Shown: positions 37,736-51,208 of the stretch, one piece after another
Layout of the letters: each line of letters opens with the position of its first letter
Numbering within the stretch: the stretch's first letter is position 1
Assembly: GCA_051362555.1 (NCBI GenBank)
Contig: CM120647.1
Span: forward strand, 9,734,001-9,798,000
Direction: 5' to 3'
Source: Lingula anatina
Lineage: Eukaryota > Animalia > Brachiopoda
DNA: 64,000 nt
Position numbers and translations under genes: made by a program
Notes under the pieces: generated by a model
The model's input: the letters and a program-made list of their open reading frames with translations, nothing else
What the model was told of the DNA's origin: nothing
The model's database searches: none

Positions 37736-39058
37736 GTAGAAAACGTGAACTTGACTTTGACTAATTCTATTCCAGAAACCCCCAATTCACAGAATATATG
37801 TTCCTAGAATTTGCACTGGCTCGTGACAGTAAGTGCCTCATGCATGATGTGTGCAAAGTGTGCACCATATTACATAAATCCATTCTGTTGGTGCAATCAA
37901 ATTATAATTATATATATTATATACAACATGTGGGTACCATTTATAGCTATTAGAGATAAAAGGGAGAATAGCTCTTCAATATGAGATTCAAAATTCCACA
38001 AAAAACACATTGTAAACTACACATAGTAAAATAGTAAATTCCATTTTACTTCAAAAATGGAAGTGATTGTAATTATTCTGAAATCTGTGTTTGCCATCAG
38101 ACCACTTGGACCTTCTCTCCTTAATAATCTCTGAAGAGACTATTGCAAAAAAAAAAAATCACCTACATGTAACTTTGAATGTTGAAATGGATCCATTATA
38201 CCATTGGAAAGTATGGGAAAATCATCATTTATCCCAGGAAAATCCATTGTTTTAGCACTTTTATTCCTTCAATATTTATATATTGAGTGGGGAGGTCTCG
38301 AGCAAGGGCAATTATTTTCTGGTTATAAGCATTCAAAAAAAAAAAAAGTCCCTAGAATGTATGTGTAGAGAAGATTTGACCACTCAGTTCTACTCTAGTT
38401 GTAATTGAAAATAATGGGATTTTACAAATCGGTACATTATTTCTGTTTAAGAGACTGAACATGATGAAAAATGCATTTTATCATGTAGTACATAATGGAT
38501 TTAATATTGAGCTTTACCAATAAGTAGACATTTAAGTCTGGGGCTGTACTCTCTAAAACATTAGGTTAACCTTGATCCATTCACCTGAGCAGGGCATCCA
38601 TAGCAAAGGTAAATTATTTTTCCATCTCTCCTCATTTGTAAGAATTTATAGTAGGTGGTGGTTGAAGTTAAGGTAAATTTTCCACTAGCTTTACGCATTA
38701 GTCGCAGTATATTACTCTGGAGTGTGCATCCATGAAATATCTTGTTCTTGTGAGGTCTCTAAACTATCCTTTCATCTTTTCTGGAATAATTTATTATTTT
38801 TCTCATGGCTCTCCCTCTCTCTTTATATATATATCGCTATCTGTGCATTTGGTTTGAGGAATCTGGATTTATCTGTAGCAGATGTGCTGGCTGCATGGTT
38901 TGGTTGTATTTAGATATCTCTGGGGCTGCTGGGATGGTTGTAGGATATCTGCAGCTGTGGATGTGTGATGGAACGACTTTGCAACTTTGAGATAGAGAGA
39001 TGGAAAGAGAAAGAGAAAAAAGTGCCCGTGTGTTAGAGAGAAAGAGAGAAAGTCAAGG

Positions 39059-39060
<2 letters not shown>

Positions 39061-39108
<48 letters not shown>
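39061..39108. repeat. (TG)n microsatellite within GA-rich flanks
   Basis: Direct reading. Confidence 0.95.
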
Positions 39109-39113
<5 letters not shown>

Positions 39114-39253
39114 GATAGAGAGAGAGAAAGAGAGAAAAATGGGCTTGTATACATTGTGTTTATGCATGTGTTCATGCATAACATATGAGTGTATGTGTGT
39201 GTTAATGTGAGATTGCAGGTATATGTGTGTGCATAAATGTCAGTATATGTATG

Positions 39254-39379
39254 CAGGTCCGTAGCCAGCAATTTCAGAGGGGGGAGTTCGTTTTCTGAAA
39301 AAGTGGACCTTTTACCATAAAATCCTCAAGTACATAGATCAAATTTTACACAGAGTGGACCTTTTCCCAGCAAAAAGGG
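39254..39379 (+). mobile_element. MITE family D, right end truncated
   Basis: CAGGTCCGTAGCCAGCAATTTC...AAAAGTGGACCTTTTACCAT. Confidence 0.8.
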
Positions 39380-39807
39380 TGTGCATGTGCAAACTTTAAT
39401 GACATATATCTAATAAATTGTTCCTTCCCTTAGCCTAAGATATACATGCAATAAAGTGTTTTATCAAAAAATGGACTATATTATAGTCCTAATGTTTCAG
39501 GACATCAGCAAAACAATAGCATTTCATCCAGAAGGATGTGACAGGTTGCTGCCTACTGAATAGAGGGCAATCAATAAAGGTATGAAATAATGTTACAAGT
39601 GAGAAATTAGAAATTTTAGAAGCGTGTTGTGTGCGTCAGCATTAATCACGGAAGATGGTCGAGCTGGAAATTGCGCTGATGTACACCTGGTGCTTGTGTA
39701 TATGTGATATCGCTGGAGGCTTTTGTTTTTAATGACTTGGTGTACATGTAGCGTAGGAAGAGAGGGAGGGTCAGAAGTGGGCGCTGCCTATTTTTGAGAT
39801 GTTAGAT

Positions 39808-39982
39808 CAGGCCCGTAGCCAACGATTTTAAAAGGGGGGTTCTTTTTCTGAAAAAGTGGACCTTTTACCATGAAACCTTCTTTTACCTAGATAAAATTTT
39901 ACCCAGAGGAGACCTTTTCCCAGCAAAAAAAGGAGGGGGGGGGGTCTTTTGACCCCCTCGAACCCACCTGGCTATGGGCCTG
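39808..39982 (+). mobile_element. MITE family D, full length
   Basis: CAGGCCCGTAGCCA ... TGGCTATGGGCCTG. Confidence 0.85.
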
Positions 39983-40787
39983 CTGATATGCTATATTTTG
40001 ATGTTATTTTATTTGAGTGCTGAATTATACAAAATTATATTGATGATGTTACAGGTGATCCATACAATCCCTTCAGATACTAGAAAATTTTCATTATTAT
40101 ATTTATTTAAATTCCATGTGGAGTGCAATATTTTTTGGTATAGCAATTTATTATTAGAAACATTGATTTTATGTTGTCTTATGTAGTTTTAAATTATTTG
40201 AAATTAAACTTTTTTTTTTTGGGGGGGGGGAGTATAAGATCAACTTGATAACAGTACTTAAGTTATCAAATTTAAATCAGTTGATGTAAATGTATTTGTT
40301 TTTAGATTACATATATATTATCATTATAAAAGTAGAAACCAGATCCTAATGATTTTTGAACGAGTGTACACAAAATCCAAGAAAAAATTCCAAGATAGAA
40401 GATAAATAAACAGATACTGTAGAACAGCAGTAGCTTCATGTTTGGACAAATTACAGGATACCCCACCTTAGGGTGTGTTTAGAGCATTGATCGCCTTCTC
40501 ACCTGTAGTTGTTAAACTACTGCAGCTGAAGTCTACCTGTGGCCACACCTTTCAGAAACAGCAGGTGAAAGTTAAAACAGAATTCACCTCCAGAATGATG
40601 GTTCGCAACCGTAACAGCCGGCCTCTGGGTCAGTAGTAGAAATTGGTCAATGTTTGTCTGTTGTAGCCACAGGATTCTTCTTATGGTTATTTAAACAGAG
40701 CATTTAAATTTTGATTTAAATTGTATAGAACAAATAAATATAGAATAAAATAATGGCATTTCCCTTTTTTGTATGTCAGTCTGTTAA

Positions 40788-40792
<5 letters not shown>

Positions 40793-40827
<35 letters not shown>

Positions 40828-40838
40828 CTCTCTCTCTC
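40793..40838. repeat. (CT)n microsatellite
   Basis: Direct reading. Confidence 0.9.
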
Positions 40839-41949
40839 TTTGTTTCTGTCCAACTGTCTGCCTGCCTGCCTGTTACTCATGCAGTCAGTCACTGATTCTA
40901 CTTTGTGTAGTATACTAGTTTGTCCATATCTCTGTCTGTGCATCTGCCTTTTATGACAATCTACCCACAATCCTTAAAATGCACCTGACATTACTGGCAT
41001 ATATCTGAAAAAAAAACAAAAAAAAACGTACCACAAATTGCTACCAGAAATCTGCCAAACGAGTAAAAAGTTTTGACAGATTTAGTGCAAGTAAGATGTT
41101 TTCCCTTTACATCACTGCCCCTTGTCTGTTCCCATGTTATCCTGTCATTGTCATCAGCTGCCGTGATCCTTAACGATTGAACTTGGATATAAAAACTTAT
41201 ATATTAGAACTCATATCATAACCCATTTGCAAGAGAAAATAATGCACCTCGTGAAATGACCATATTCAATCAGAAGAATTAGTTTCACTAATTTTATTTT
41301 GAATTATATATAAATTGAGAAGTTGCTTTGGGAATCACAAAGTGGTTTCAACTTCACTAAATGCCCTAGCTGTACTGAAGAAGTATTTATAACATGTGAT
41401 CATTATCCTATACCTGACTCATTAATGTTTTTAATTAAGCACACATATCCTGTTGGCCTTACAGGAACCGTACCAATTATTGCAAAATGAAAGAGGGCAC
41501 TCAACCTCAAGGCAATGCACCAATTCTATTACATATTGGTTCTATAGCTCCAAAAAAGCTGACTTTCTTATCAATCCATGCTGTGAAGTTGGTTTAGCCT
41601 GTTGATCCTGTTGATCCTCACCTCAAGACCCATAGCAGTGATGTAATTATAAAGTAACAGCTTCTCTCTTAGAATCCTGACAGGTGAAGTAAGTGTTCTG
41701 ACAGTTATGTCTCTTCAACAAGTCATGTAAAAACTAGCACATGCATGTGTTTTCTTTTTGGTGATAGATACATGTACATGTTTGTTACTACACATTTGTA
41801 GTAAAACCCAGCAAGAATGACTCCATTTATTATTGTAATGGGCACATATTCCAATATTTTTAAAAAGAAAAATTAATTGTTGAGGAAGCCCCACCACCAA
41901 AATACCTTGTTTCTAAAGCCAACAAGGGGCGAATTAAGACTGTATATCT

Positions 41950-42129
41950 TTTATAAGCAAAATATCAGGCCTGCTGCAAATTCACAGCAAAGTTGTTGCT
42001 AATTTGCTGCAAACTGCAATTTCTTCTTGCAAATTTGCTGCAATATAGCTGCAAATTAGCAGCAATAAATTTTTTTTCTTGCAATTTTGTTGCTGCAACA
42101 TAGCTGCAAACTTTTCATTTTGCTAAGGG
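41950..42129. mobile_element. MITE family E
   Basis: AGCAAAATATCAGGCCTGCTGC ... TTTTGCTAAGGG, closely matching 31886-32066. Confidence 0.8.
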
Positions 42130-43046
42130 ATATATATTTATACAAGCACTGTAGTATTCTTTCAAAAAGTACTTGGTACCTAGCTGTTTTCTGTAACACC
42201 ATATAACCAGTGTCAGGTATGATATATTTTCCCAGATGATACTTTTTGACATAACTTATTCTAAGTGCATCGGTAAGATTGACAGGCAAGAGCCCCTGTG
42301 TGTACGAATCCGTATACAGTGTATATTTGATCTGTACATCCCTAATAGCAAGGGGTTCACTTAAGACTCTACTAGTACCTGTCCTCTTGTAAACGATCTT
42401 AAACATTGTTTTGAAAATCATGTACTTAACTCGCTATTTTTGTACACAAACGATGCTTGGTTGCCTCATTTTCAGTTACGTTAAATGTGAACTTAAATGT
42501 CGGTTTGAAAAGCATGTGTTTTAGTGTTAATTCACATACACAAACATATCAAGGGTTTTTGTACCTGAACAGTTTGACTTCTCTTTCAACATACGCATGT
42601 AAGATATACCCACTTGAAAGCATGCGTAAACTTTAGTTTTGTGTTTTAAATGTGTTTTAACTCCTCTTTCTCACCAGGTCGGGACAAGCAGATGGTGTCT
42701 GTGGGCTTTATCTTTACTTATATCTAGGATAAACATCCAGAGATGCCATTAGGATAGGAGGCTATTTAAAAGAAGTATGTACTTGGAATTTTTTTGGAGC
42801 TGTGTGTGTGTATTGGTGTTTCATTAGTATCCCTGTCCACTTTAAACTAACATTCACTGTTGATTGAATTCTTCCTCTGTTTTCTAACTATTTCCTTCCA
42901 TTTTATTTCCAGTACACAGAATGAGAGAGTTTCTGGGTAAATTTACCTTAGATGTCTTATCAGATGACTGAAGTACTTTTAACCAAATACCAGTTCTTTC
43001 CCAGCTCCACACCTGCAGTCATTTGAATTGCTGCCTATAGCTATAA

Positions 43047-43222
43047 GGCCCCATTCAGAATAGGGGACTAACTAGTCTGAGGGTCAAATATGGTCAACCT
43101 ACTACAAAGCTTGCCATCTAATCCGCTAATAAACACTGGATAGTTATCCCTTGGGGGAGTATTCAAGTGGGTCAGCCATATTTGACCCTCGGACTAGTTA
43201 GTCCCCCATTCTGAAGGAGGCC
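43047..43222. mobile_element. MITE family B, long (~55-bp) TIRs
   Basis: GGCCCCATTCAGAATAGGGGACTAACTAGTCTGAGGGTCAAATATGG / CCATATTTGACCCTCGGACTAGTTAGTCCCCCATTCTGAAGGAGGCC; preceded by TAA. Confidence 0.85.
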
Positions 43223-44134
43223 TGGATATCTGATGATACTTGTTGTTATCATTGCTTTTGTCATTTTGCAGTTTGCTAAAATACTATTGATAATTTAAAT
43301 CTATATACTCAAACTAAACTTGAATTATCAGATTTACTGCGTGTTCTCCATTTCCACTTAGATAAAAACAAACTCAGTACCATCAAAGGAATAGATTAAG
43401 AAAATGGCTCTCTTGCAGAGCCGGGTCAAAGGGGTGCATTATAGAAACTTTATATGTTAATATTGGTAATTTGTTACCTATGTGTTTACAACCTTCATTT
43501 TGAATTTGGATAACAGCTTGTGTTTTGTTTAAGATTTTTGCAAGCAAGATTTTATCCTTTGCAAAGACAGAAAAATGCCACACAAAAATTTGATAAAGTA
43601 TAGGTAGCAGAAATACTGTAGTTTTCATCTTAGACTTAATCATTTCCTTCATGATCAATATTTTCACAAACAGGTAGTTTGAATGTTAGATCTCATCGAC
43701 ATTGAGGATATGTGAACTTCTGGAACCTTTCTTGAACTTCAGCGAACTTCCTGATTTATTTCTGATATTATCCATAATGGAAATAACATGCATAGGTAGT
43801 CCTCTGGAAAGAAGTTAAATTATAGTAAATATGAATACTAAATGCTAATGGGCATAACACTTACATGTAGCCACTTGTTATAGTATTAGGTTGTATACGT
43901 GAAGCAGGATGGTTTCTCCATACATAGTATATCCTTAATTAGGGACGTTATGAATTTATTTTAATATTTAAGTCTGATATCAGTGGTGGGTCGGGGGAAA
44001 TAAATTTATTGTTATGTCTCTTGGCAATTTATTCACTTTGAAGCACATAAGAGTGCCTTCAGTTAGAGTGAATCTACTCATGATACTTGGGGAAGGTTAA
44101 GTATAGAAGTATCTGATGATGCAGTTCTTGTTAC

Positions 44135-44576
44135 CATGAATCATTTGTTATCACTTTGAATCCTGTGTTGTCAAGAAAATCCTGTTTTATTATTCTGAAT
44201 CCTGTTATCTTTTTTGACCCTGCATTATCACCTAAATCTGGTGTTTTTACCGTAAATCCTATGTTATCGCCATTAATCCTATGTTATCACCTTCAATCCT
44301 ACATTATCACCATCAATCCTACATTATCACCATCAATCCTATGTTATGACCTTGAATCCTATGTTATCGCCATGAATCCTATGTTATCACCATCAGTCCT
44401 TTATTATCACTTTGAATCCTACATTATCATCGTCAATCCTGTCTTATCACTTTAAAGCCTACATTATCACCATCAATCCTGTGTTATCACTTTGAATCCT
44501 ACATTATCATTGTCAATCCTGTGTTATCACTTTAAAGCCTACATTATCACCATCAATCCTGTCATCACCTTAAATC
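44135..44576. repeat. 20-bp minisatellite (AATCCTAYRTTATCACCATC-like)
   Basis: AATCCT recurs every 20 bp; 5' units degenerate, 3' units form an 80-bp higher-order repeat. Confidence 0.9.
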
Positions 44577-45266
44577 ATGCCCTTCTCTACTTCACACTAA
44601 TAATTGAGTTTCTCAGATTCTCAGTAACATTGCCAAGAATCACAAGAAGCCAGCTGTGAGACCATGTAGGCCTGTTGATTCTGTTGGGAATATTATCCCT
44701 TTTTTTCTGTAAATATATATTTTTTCTGTAATTCTATTGGGGTTTTCAAGTTTCTTTTGCTGTTGATGCACCAGCTGTCCTAACATTAGTGTAGTTTTTT
44801 TTTAACTTTGGGTCCCTATGTAACCTACAGAAGAGTTTATTAGGCCCCAGAATTTATTTTGGAGTACAAAAATAAGCAATCAATCCCCACAAGACTGTAA
44901 ATACGCCACTAAATAACATCACCAAAATTTCAGGATGAAATCTGTTTACGGTGTTGGATTGATTCAATTCAAGTAATGATTAGGACAATCAAGAAAAAAA
45001 TGAAATTTAATATCAATTTCTGTAAGACAAAATCAGAATCAAATCTGTTTATGGCATTGGATCAATTCTCTGTGTTGGATAATGCGGGAAATTTATCAGT
45101 TTCTGAAAGACACAAAATTTGAAATAATGCTGAATCCTTTGACTTAAAGCCTGTTTTGAATAAGGTCTTCTGTTGCTGGTTCAGTGGCTGTAGTCAGGTC
45201 AACAACAACTGAAATAAGGCACTACAAATAATTTGAAATAATGGTGTATAATCCTTTAACTTACTA

Positions 45267-45678
45267 GGGATCATTCCCAGACTGTATTGTACAAACTGTG
45301 GATTGTTCTATCTCTGAGGGGAATCTCGCTAAATCGCAATCCACTTAAGCGGCTTATATGTCTGTCATGCCTACTGAAGCTGCTAGGGACTAATTAATTA
45401 TCGTTTAGCAGTTTTAGTAGGCGTGCCAGACATCTAAGCTACATAAGCTAAAATCCCTCGGAGATGGATCGATACTAGATTGATCTAGGCAGGGGCAGAT
45501 CTGGAGGTTTTTCTGATAGTCTTCCAAATTACCTTTGTTGATCCATCCTCCATTTTTGACCATCTTCCGACAGAAAAAAATGGATACCCATCAATGTAAA
45601 CTTGAAAATCTGACTGTCTTCTGGAAGACCCAGAAGACAGCCTTTAAATCCGCCCCTGCTAGGTATGGGAACCCAGTC
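45267..45678. mobile_element. Palindromic Harbinger-like MITE interrupted by family C
   Basis: GGGATCATTCCCA ... TGGGAACCCAGTC followed by TTA; both arms resemble one arm of family A. Confidence 0.65.
45490..45658 (+). mobile_element. MITE family C, 5-bp TSD (CTAGG), nested
   Basis: CAGGGGCAGAT ... ATCCGCCCCTG; CTAGG at 45485-45489 and 45659-45663. Confidence 0.9.
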
Positions 45679-46372
45679 TTAAAATCTGTTTTGCAAAAGG
45701 TCGTCTGGTACTGGATCAGTTAACAACCAAGATAATGACAGTTGAAATAATTTGCTAAATGATAAAGCAGGTTGCCTGTTAAAGAAAATGAAAACATTAA
45801 GTTCGATTGTGTTTTGTTATTGTGGTGGGCTAAAACATTTAACATCAAAGGGCAAAGTGCCTGAAAAACATTGGAAACAAAAATGAAGACATGGCAAATA
45901 ATTGGCTGAATGTTTAAAAACCGAAATAGGCTGTCTCAAAGATCAATTTTTTAAGTTAATGAAAAAACAGCAAAGCAAAATATGTTTGCATGTGTAATAC
46001 AGTGTAGTACATTTTCTAGAATAATTACTAGTATACCTAGCTTGTAGTGGCCTGGATTACAATTTCTAAGCGACATAATATATGGTTATGCTGAAGAAGA
46101 GTTGATAAACCTTTGTAATTTTAATGATGCAGGTTTTATTGCAGTTACATCATTTTGAAATTTTGATGAAACGAACAAAGAAAATTGGTACCTAGCGTTA
46201 TGATGGTTATTCACCACATTGTACTGGTTGCTACGGCTAAGTGCATTAACCTAAACATGAAAGTTTGAAAGGAAGGCACATACAAAATAGGCCAAATATG
46301 GCATTCAAAATAAACTTTCAAAAAAAAAAAATTTCAAAAATATGGGGTACAAATTAGGGCAATTTTAACTTA

Positions 46373-46597
46373 GACCCCATTCCCATAGATTTTAGATCGA
46401 TCTATCCCTGTGGGGAGTCTCACTAGATTACTGTCAGCTTAGCCGGCTTAAGTGTCTGCCACGCCTACTAAAAGCTGTAAGGGGATAATTAACTATGGTG
46501 CGCGCTCGGCTGACAGCAATTTAGCGTGAACCCCCAGGGAGTTAGGTAGGTCTAAATCTAAATCTCTGGATCGATCTAAATCTCTGGGAATGCACTC
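46373..46597 (-). mobile_element. MITE family A, full length, TTA TSD
   Basis: TTA-GACCCCATTCCCATAG ... CTCTGGGAATGCACTC-TTA. Confidence 0.92.
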
Positions 46598-48726
46598 TTA
46601 AACTCTCACATTTACTTGAGGTTATTGAAGTGACAAACAGTCATTCAAACTATCAGTTAATCTTAGGGATTATTTTTTCAGCAGCAAAGTGTCTTGATAC
46701 ATAGATTAAAGTCTTATGGCACAGGCATTCTTGATGAAATAAGATATTATTTTAATAAACTGAAAACAGATATCTGGGATGTTCAAGGTATTGTGACATT
46801 TCTGCGTGCTGCTATGCATTTAAACACAGCTAATGGAAATCTTGTTCACATTTTCTTTTCTAATTATCCATCCAATATTCTAGGGTGCATTTTAAATAAG
46901 TAAGAAAGAACTTAACAGTTTTTCCCTTGATTCGAATTCTATATCTGATAATTTACCATATTCTTTGTTCTCTTGTAGACAGTAGTTGTACTTTATAAAA
47001 TCAAAGCAGTACACTTTTTTGTGTCTTGTGATGTGATCTTTTTGTCACAGTTTTTTTTTTCTATGACAACCATTTGACACATTTTTCCACCACAACTGAA
47101 CTAAACCTAAAGCTGCAATCTTCGTATTTTCATGGCAAAGTTTCAAAAACATTCCCCCATTTGATAACCCCACATTCCAAGAGATCTCAGAGTAATCTGC
47201 CAAACTCTAGCTTCCATTTCTTTCAGTTCTTCTACTTTTTACACAGGTAAATTATCTTATTCAACATGTTTAGGCCTAACCTGTTCAAGCATGTAGTAGC
47301 ACACGTACAAGTCACGTGACATCCAGAACCCATATAATATCTATCGATAATAGATATACAACTCTTTCATTTTTATTTCACAATTTCCTACAGATAACCC
47401 CCTTGTTAACCCCAGTATAATGCTGTGGCAGATGGCGCTATTTTTATTCTTTTTTTTTTTTTTTCGTTCACACTTAGTCTCTCAAAAGTAAAGCCAGAAG
47501 GCAGAGAGGCAGGGTTGATTGTAGTAACATTAACGCCAGGAACAGTCGAGACATTGTGGGATAATCACTGCTAATGGAGCCTGGATTAAAATAGTTATTC
47601 TTAGACATCTCCGTCTTCCCTTTTTATGAATCATGACAGAAAATTATTTATAGGCCAAATGGAAAAAAGGTGGGTTGTTTTATGGTGATCATGTTTATGG
47701 TGTTTTGGGGGTTTCTTTTTCTCTGATGAATCATAACTGATGGAGTTATTAGATTAGATTAGATTTATGAATTTGTTGTCTTGCTGAATAATTGTTTATT
47801 TTTAGCCTTCCTTTGTATCTGTATAGAGTATAATGAGATGTAAGTACTGATTATAAGAAGATAAAAGCGATCTGCCATAGAGCATTTGGACTTGAACAAC
47901 CAACTGGTGCAGATTGAGGATGTTTAAAGATGATACATTGTATAGGAATTATAGAGATAAACTAAGGAGGAGACATAATCCTAATGAGTAAGGTTAGATT
48001 GTAATGAGTGTATGAGCATGTCACATACAATATTGTAAACTGTGGGGTCATCTCTTTTTTTATTCATATATTTTTTTATCTAAGACAGGTCTTTGTAGTA
48101 GCTAAGACTGTAGATCTAGAGTGAAAGAGGCAGATGGATAGAAAGAACTGCCCTTTTGGCTGTGAAGAGGTATGTCCTCTCATGTATATACACCTTGTAG
48201 GTAAATTCTATGCCATGTAAAATAAAAAGTTTTCAAAGTAAAACGACCCACTTTTTCACAAAAAGAATTTCCTTTTTCAGATGGCTGAATTTGAGCTGGG
48301 GAAAAGTTTTTGCCAGTCAAAGTTTGTTTCTCAAAATTCCTCAAGGTGTCTTATATTTAACTTGTCCCCCCAAAATTACAATTTACAGTGTGAGACAGTC
48401 CCCAGCATGTTGAGTGTAGCCTCAGCTTTTTTGTACCGCTTAAATAGATGGAACATTCAGGCAAACTTATTGCTTATTCTTCTATGTGGTGTTTTTGCTT
48501 ATTCTTCCATGTGGCGTTGTGGATTTCACTCAAATCTCAGTTGCAAGCACCTGCAGACTCGTTGTTAACCTTTAAGGATTTCCCTGGGGGCTAAGAGAAT
48601 TTTAGTCTTTTATTTCCCATATGCATGTAGTTTTGGGCGACTTTTTAAAGGCAATAATGTGAGCTCCGTCAAAGGTAAGCATTTAATTTTGCACTTTATT
48701 GGCAAGTTTGTGGTTAAGTAGTGTAA

Positions 48727-48933
48727 GGGCCCATTCCCATTGACACTTGGTTTACGTAGGTCAGTCCAGCTCTGCAGGGACTCTTGCTTAGTGCAATCAG
48801 ATTAATGGATTAACATGCCTCTTCCTGACGTTGAGTAAAATACAGAAAAGTTGGAAACAAGAGGAGGCATGTTCATTTATTAAACTGATGGCATTCAGCT
48901 ATGGAGACCAATAGTTTTAATGGGAATGAGCCC
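48727..48933. mobile_element. Tourist/Harbinger-like MITE, TAA TSD
   Basis: TAA-GGGCCCATTCCCATT ... AATGGGAATGAGCCC-TAA. Confidence 0.85.
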
Positions 48934-51208
48934 TAATAGTGATAGTTTGGGGATATGTAATGGATGCTTAGAGGTACGATGCCTGCAACACCTGCTACTT
49001 TAAAGCTTATAGAAGTAAATGCATTACTTGAAGGTGTAAAAACAAAATAGTATTGAGTCTTTAACAGGAAGTCGACAAACGGATTAAGAATAGACAGATA
49101 GATTATATAATGTCTTCAGGTGCCTGTTTAATTTAGAAGAAGGAAGAGTGTTCAAAGTAGAAGGAAAAAAACAGGCAGACTTCAGGAAATAGGAAGTCTG
49201 GGGTCGATAACAGGATATACGGGATATACTTTTTCTCGGCCTCCTTCGTTTTACCTTACTCAAAACAAGGCTGCATTCAGTAGTTTTGGACTTCCTCCAA
49301 TTTGATTAATTGATCCGTTAATAATATCATATTCAAGTGGTTTTGAGTTGCGGTAAGGTTTGCGGTGTATGGTATTACATAACTTGACAAGTTGGCTTGC
49401 CAGATGACAGCTGAGGTATGAATATAAAGATCTCCTTCATGTTTAATTCGTTAATCATTGAGAATGTTAGCTAGTCTGCATACTGATTCATTTAACCAAG
49501 TTTATATTAGCGTAACACTGACTTTTACAACATTTACCAAAAATATGTTCTTTGCCTGAATTCAATTTGAAAATGCTGGGTGAGCAAAGTGCCATCAACA
49601 CTTTACTAATTTAATGAATTATTTGAATATTGGTGTGGTTTCAGATCTCCAACATTATAAATCTAAAACAAAAATCACAATTGATCTCAAAGTGAAAAAA
49701 ACAATACTACTAGAGTATATTCTATAGGTACACGTGATGGATTTGTGTGGAATGCGACTATTTTGTGGGAAATGTGATTGTCTTCCAGAGAAGCATCTGG
49801 TTCAGTGCACTCTGTAAAATTGAGAAATATGATGCAACTTTTGACATTAACAGGAACACCTTACACTTTTGTATGGTAATTCTTCTCTAAATTTGAAAAA
49901 AAAATTTGATATTCTGTGTAATGGATTTTTTCATTGTGCTTTAAAATGTTGATTTGAAATTTGTAAAAATTGATTGGTTTCATGTCAAAAATAACATTTA
50001 TGTGAATAACTAAAAATGAAATATCTTGAAGAATTGAAACAATGAAACAATTATTACATATAGAATAAATGGGGTATTTCAAAATTGTTAGTTATTACCA
50101 TACAATTTATCACACCATGTCATAAAGATGCAACACATGAAAAATTGCAAGAATAGTAAAGTGAACTGAAATGAGGATTATATATATATATATATACTGG
50201 CTATATGAGATCATAAAGTGGTTGAACTGCCTCTGTCTCTTTCTCTCTTATGCACGCATGCACACACTCCCGTGCATGCACGCACATAAACACACACTTC
50301 TATTTATGTTCTTCTATTTCACCCATCATAATATCTCTGCGATTCTTCACAGGTGCTCCAGTCCAGTTCAGACTTGGATTAATTTGGAACGAGAAACAGG
50401 TTATGATGTATGTCATATGGGATCTCCAGGTTGATTAGCCATATCTTAAAATGTCTAAAGTGCAACACGGTTTGTTTGTCTAGTGCAACCTCGGAGATGC
50501 CCTGTTGCTTCTCAGACATTTCATTTCCTAAATAAGTAATCTGGTTGCTCCCATGACGCAAGCCCTTCTGATTCCCAATCAGTCTTAGATGGTTATAGTA
50601 TCTACCTTCCTGTTGTTTGGTCACTGGGTTTGGTCCTGCGAGTTTTCTCTTGAATAAAATTTTGTCGCGTTGTGTGATCATGTAGACCCAAAATTTCTGT
50701 TAAGTGCTATATTGTGCAGCTTGTACAATGCTTGTTATTGTGTATTAATAGCTAGTTATTTTGTTGGTGAAGGTAGGAAGTAAAGCGAAGTAGAGCAAAC
50801 CCGAGTTCTCCAAAATAGAAACTACGATTGCCCTCCATGCCAGAGATCCTTCAGAGCATGAGTAGATTGATTCTGCCTTCTTGGGCAATGGCCATAATAT
50901 CATCTGTCATCATTTCAGATAGACAGACAAAAACAACAACAACAAAAACAGCAATAGCAGCATGGGTGCAAGCACTGAATCTGTCACCCTGACTTGAAGT
51001 TCCAGGACTGATTTAGAGGAGTGTAATAAGAAAACAGCTCCCCCCCCCCCAAAAAAAAAAATAAATAATAATAATAAATGCCCCTATATGTTCATTGCTC
51101 TTTGTGCCAGAGATTTTTAGGTACCCATAAAGTCAACCAAATCCCCAAGGAGATCTTCATCATTTCTTACAGACAAACAACATACAGCAACAATGGATTT
51201 GCAACCCC

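Noticed and set aside
50379-50681. 100-aa minus-strand ORF
   Set aside because: No motif or homology that I recognise and no exon structure support
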